In this document: piece after piece, positions 28,993 to 32,000 of the stretch
Numbering within the stretch: position 1 is the stretch's first letter
How the letters are laid out: every line of letters begins with the position of its first letter
Assembly: GCF_000354175.2 (NCBI RefSeq)
Contig: NC_022349.1
Span: forward strand, 2,310,001 to 2,342,000
DNA: 32,000 bases
Direction: 5' to 3'
Origin: Vibrio alginolyticus NBRC 15630 = ATCC 17749
GTDB taxonomy: Bacteria; Pseudomonadota; Gammaproteobacteria; Enterobacterales; Vibrionaceae
Translations under genes and position numbers: made by a program
Notes under the pieces: model-generated
What the model was told of the DNA's origin: nothing
Database searches by the model: none
What the model saw: the letters and a program-made list of their open reading frames with translations, nothing else

Positions 28993-30834
28993 ATGCCAAA
29001 ATATAGATCAGCTACCACCACACATGGTCGTAACATGGCGGGTGCACGAGCACTGTGGCGTGCAACGGGTGTGAAAGAAGAAGACTTCGGTAAACCAATC
29101 ATCGCCGTTGTAAACTCGTTTACTCAATTTGTTCCGGGTCACGTACACCTGAAAGACATGGGCCAGCTTGTAGCGCGTGAAATCGAAAAAGCCGGCGGCA
29201 TCGCAAAAGAATTCAACACCATCGCGGTTGATGATGGTATCGCAATGGGTCACGGCGGCATGCTGTACTCACTGCCTTCACGCGAACTGATCGCAGACTC
29301 TGTGGAGTACATGGTCAACGCGCACTGTGCCGATGCCATGGTATGTATCTCTAACTGTGACAAAATCACTCCGGGAATGTTGATGGCATCTATGCGCCTC
29401 AACATCCCGGTTATCTTTGTTTCTGGTGGTCCAATGGAAGCGGGTAAAACCAAGCTTTCTGATCAGATCATCAAACTAGACCTTGTAGATGCGATGATCC
29501 AAGGCGCGGATCCAAAAGTGTCTGATGAGCAAAGCGAGCAGATCGAACGCAGCGCATGTCCAACGTGTGGATCGTGTTCAGGCATGTTCACTGCAAACTC
29601 AATGAACTGTCTAACGGAAGCACTGGGTCTTTCTCAACCAGGTAACGGTTCTATGCTGGCAACGCACGCTGACCGTGAACAACTGTTCCTTAATGCAGGT
29701 CGTCGCATCGTTGAACTGACTCGTCGTTACTACGAGCAAGATGACGAATCAGCACTGCCACGCAACATCGCTACGTTTGATGCGTTCGAAAATGCGATGG
29801 CACTGGATATTGCAATGGGTGGCTCAACCAACACCATTTTGCACCTGTTGGCTGCAGCGCAAGAAGGTGAAGTGGATTTCGATATGGAAGATATCGATCG
29901 CCTATCACGCCAAGTACCACACCTATGTAAAGTGGCACCATCTACCCAGAAATATCACATGGAAGACGTACACCGCGCTGGTGGCGTCATGGCAATTCTT
30001 GGTGAGTTAGATCGTGCAGGTCTTCTACACAATGATGCGCGCACCGTGCTTGGCCTTTCGATGAAAGAGCAGCTGGCGAAATACGACATCATCCAAACTG
30101 AAGACGAAGAAGTACTTAAGTTCTACCGCGCAGGTCCCGCGGGTATTCGTACTACTCAAGCGTTCTCACAAGATTGCCGCTGGGATCGCCTTGATGACGA
30201 CCGTGCGGAAGGTTGTATTCGTACTATCGATCATGCCTTTAGCCAAGAAGGTGGTCTAGCCGTTCTATCAGGCAACATCGCATTAGATGGTTGTATCGTT
30301 AAGACTGCTGGTGTTGATGAGAGCATCCATAAGTTCACTGGTCCAGCCGTGGTATTTGAAAGCCAAGAAGACGCCGTAGAAGGCATCTTGGGTGGCAAAG
30401 TAAAAGCAGGCGACGTGGTTGTTATCCGTTACGAAGGCCCTAAAGGTGGTCCGGGCATGCAAGAAATGCTTTACCCAACCACTTATCTAAAATCGATGGG
30501 CCTTGGCAAAGAGTGTGCACTTCTGACTGACGGCCGTTTCTCTGGCGGCACATCAGGTCTGTCAATCGGTCACGCCTCTCCTGAAGCAGCAAACGGCGGT
30601 GCAATTGGCCTGGTAAAAGAAGGCGATATGATCGCAATTGATATTCCAAACCGTTCAATTTCACTCCAAGTGTCTGAACAAGAACTTGCTGAGCGCCGTG
30701 CAAAACAAGACGAGTTAGGCTGGAAACCAGTTGACCGCCAACGTGAAGTTTCATTTGCACTCAAAGCGTACGCGAGTATGGCAACCAGTGCTGACAAGGG
30801 TGCAGTACGAGACAAGTCGAAGCTAGAGGGCTAG
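28993..30834 (+). CDS. ilvD: dihydroxy-acid dehydratase
   Basis: 613 aa with [21 protein letters not shown] and [11 protein letters not shown]. Confidence 0.97.
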   Translation: MPKYRSATTTHGRNMAGARALWRATGVKEEDFGKPIIAVVNSFTQFVPGHVHLKDMGQLVAREIEKAGGIAKEFNTIAVDDGIAMGHGGMLYSLPSRELIADSVEYMVNAHCADAMVCISNCDKITPGMLMASMRLNIPVIFVSGGPMEAGKTKLSDQIIKLDLVDAMIQGADPKVSDEQSEQIERSACPTCGSCSGMFTANSMNCLTEALGLSQPGNGSMLATHADREQLFLNAGRRIVELTRRYYEQDDESALPRNIATFDAFENAMALDIAMGGSTNTILHLLAAAQEGEVDFDMEDIDRLSRQVPHLCKVAPSTQKYHMEDVHRAGGVMAILGELDRAGLLHNDARTVLGLSMKEQLAKYDIIQTEDEEVLKFYRAGPAGIRTTQAFSQDCRWDRLDDDRAEGCIRTIDHAFSQEGGLAVLSGNIALDGCIVKTAGVDESIHKFTGPAVVFESQEDAVEGILGGKVKAGDVVVIRYEGPKGGPGMQEMLYPTTYLKSMGLGKECALLTDGRFSGGTSGLSIGHASPEAANGGAIGLVKEGDMIAIDIPNRSISLQVSEQELAERRAKQDELGWKPVDRQREVSFALKAYASMATSADKGAVRDKSKLEG

Positions 30835-30836
30835 CA

Positions 30837-32000
30837 ATGATGGAAGCTCAACCCGAAAAACAAGTGAACCAAACTGGCGCAGATTATCTGCGCCAAATCC
30901 TTCGCGCACCTGTTTATGAAGTAGCAACAGTGACGCCACTGCAAGAAATGCCTCGTTTATCTGCACGTATCGGGAATAACGTGCAGATCAAGCGTGAAGA
31001 TCGCCAACCCGTACACTCGTTCAAATTGCGCGGTGCATACAACATGGTGGCGAGTTTATCTGAAGCACAAAAAGCCGCTGGTGTCATTGCAGCATCGGCA
31101 GGTAACCACGCTCAAGGCATGGCGCTCTCTGGTACTAAGCTAGGCATCAAGACCACCATCGTGATGCCCAAAACCACACCAGATATCAAAGTCGATGCGG
31201 TACGTGGCTTCGGTGGCAATGTAGTGCTGCACGGCAGCAACTTTGATGAGGCAAAAGCGGAAGCGGAACGCCTTTCTGATCTGCATGGGTACACATTTGT
31301 CCCTCCTTTCGATCACCCACTGGTGATTGCAGGTCAAGGCACCATAGGCATGGAAATGCTGCAGCAAAATGGTCACCTTGATTACATCTTCGTCCCTGTC
31401 GGTGGTGGCGGTTTGGCTGCCGGTGTTGCGGTACTTGTGAAGCAACTGATGCCAGAAATCAAAGTGATTGCAGTTGAACCTGAAGACTCATCTTGTCTTA
31501 AAGCCGCGCTGGATGCTGGTGAACCAGTGGTACTAGACCAAGTCAGCATGTTTGCCGATGGCGTCGCTGTAAAACGCATTGGCGAAGAGACTTTCCGTCT
31601 ATGCCAAAAGTACATTGATGGCCATATTGCCGTCTCTAGCGATGAAATCTGCGCAGCCGTAAAAGACATCTTTGAAGACACTCGCGCCATTGCTGAGCCT
31701 TCGGGCGCACTTGCTCTGGCAGGTTTGAAGAAGTTTGCTGAGCAAAACAAACTGCAAGGTAAGAATTTAGGTACTGTGCTGTCTGGTGCCAACACTAACT
31801 TCCATGGCTTACGTTATGTTTCTGAGCGTTGCGAGCTTGGTGAGAAACGTGAAGGTTTGCTTGCCGTCACCATTCCTGAGCGTCAAGGTGCTTTCTTTGA
31901 GTTCTGTAACCTCATTGGCGGCCGTGCCGTGACAGAGTTTAACTACCGCTACAACGATGACGCATTGGCAAATATCTTTGTCGGTGTGCGTTTGCAAGGC
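30837..32000 (+). CDS. ilvA: biosynthetic threonine deaminase (partial, 3' end beyond the window)
   Basis: An open frame runs from ATGATG at 30837 to the window edge (388 codons). It is absent from the track because it is open-ended. The PLP-lysine motif HSFKLRGA and GGGGL are present. Confidence 0.93.
   Translation, partial: MMEAQPEKQVNQTGADYLRQILRAPVYEVATVTPLQEMPRLSARIGNNVQIKREDRQPVHSFKLRGAYNMVASLSEAQKAAGVIAASAGNHAQGMALSGTKLGIKTTIVMPKTTPDIKVDAVRGFGGNVVLHGSNFDEAKAEAERLSDLHGYTFVPPFDHPLVIAGQGTIGMEMLQQNGHLDYIFVPVGGGGLAAGVAVLVKQLMPEIKVIAVEPEDSSCLKAALDAGEPVVLDQVSMFADGVAVKRIGEETFRLCQKYIDGHIAVSSDEICAAVKDIFEDTRAIAEPSGALALAGLKKFAEQNKLQGKNLGTVLSGANTNFHGLRYVSERCELGEKREGLLAVTIPERQGAFFEFCNLIGGRAVTEFNYRYNDDALANIFVGVRLQG

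Overview
This is a core-chromosome window of a Vibrio-type gammaproteobacterium. The 16S V1-V3 sequence and the gene order both fit Vibrionaceae, but the species cannot be determined from this window. The left edge holds the 5' 621 nt of a minus-strand 16S rRNA gene, with tandem P1/P2 promoters and a boxA leader. The rest is densely packed housekeeping genes that reproduce two E. coli neighbourhoods, with a few inserted genes shown in brackets. The first is yrdA / yrdB-aroE-[hemF]-tsaC / [purEK] / yrdD-smg-dprA-[LysM protein] / def-fmt-rsmB-trkA-[trkH]. The second is yihD-[ccoG]-srkA-dsbA / yihG-like acyltransferase / [OMP] / comM / ilvL-ilvGMEDA, with ilvA running off the right edge. All large ORFs look intact and of normal length. 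Several track ORFs begin at alternative start codons or carry N-terminal extensions, and I trimmed these to better-supported starts. I found no tRNA, CRISPR array, transposase, integrase, phage gene or recognisable defence gene, and I see no convincing novel multi-gene system. The least explained part is 15.5-18.3 kb. It holds an exported protein of unknown function downstream of trkH, a hemolysin-III/Spo0M-like gene pair with a structured spacer, and a 630-bp gap. That gap contains an orphan intrinsic terminator, a 55-codon ORF missed by the track, and a perfect 16-bp palindrome. Other modest leads are a 20-codon ORF overlapping the ilvG start (same slot as E. coli ilvX), a TsaP-like LysM gene overlapping dprA, an orphan ccoG with a weak FNR-type site, and hairpins placed over start or stop codons. 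All functional calls rest on motif recognition and remembered synteny, because no searches could be run.
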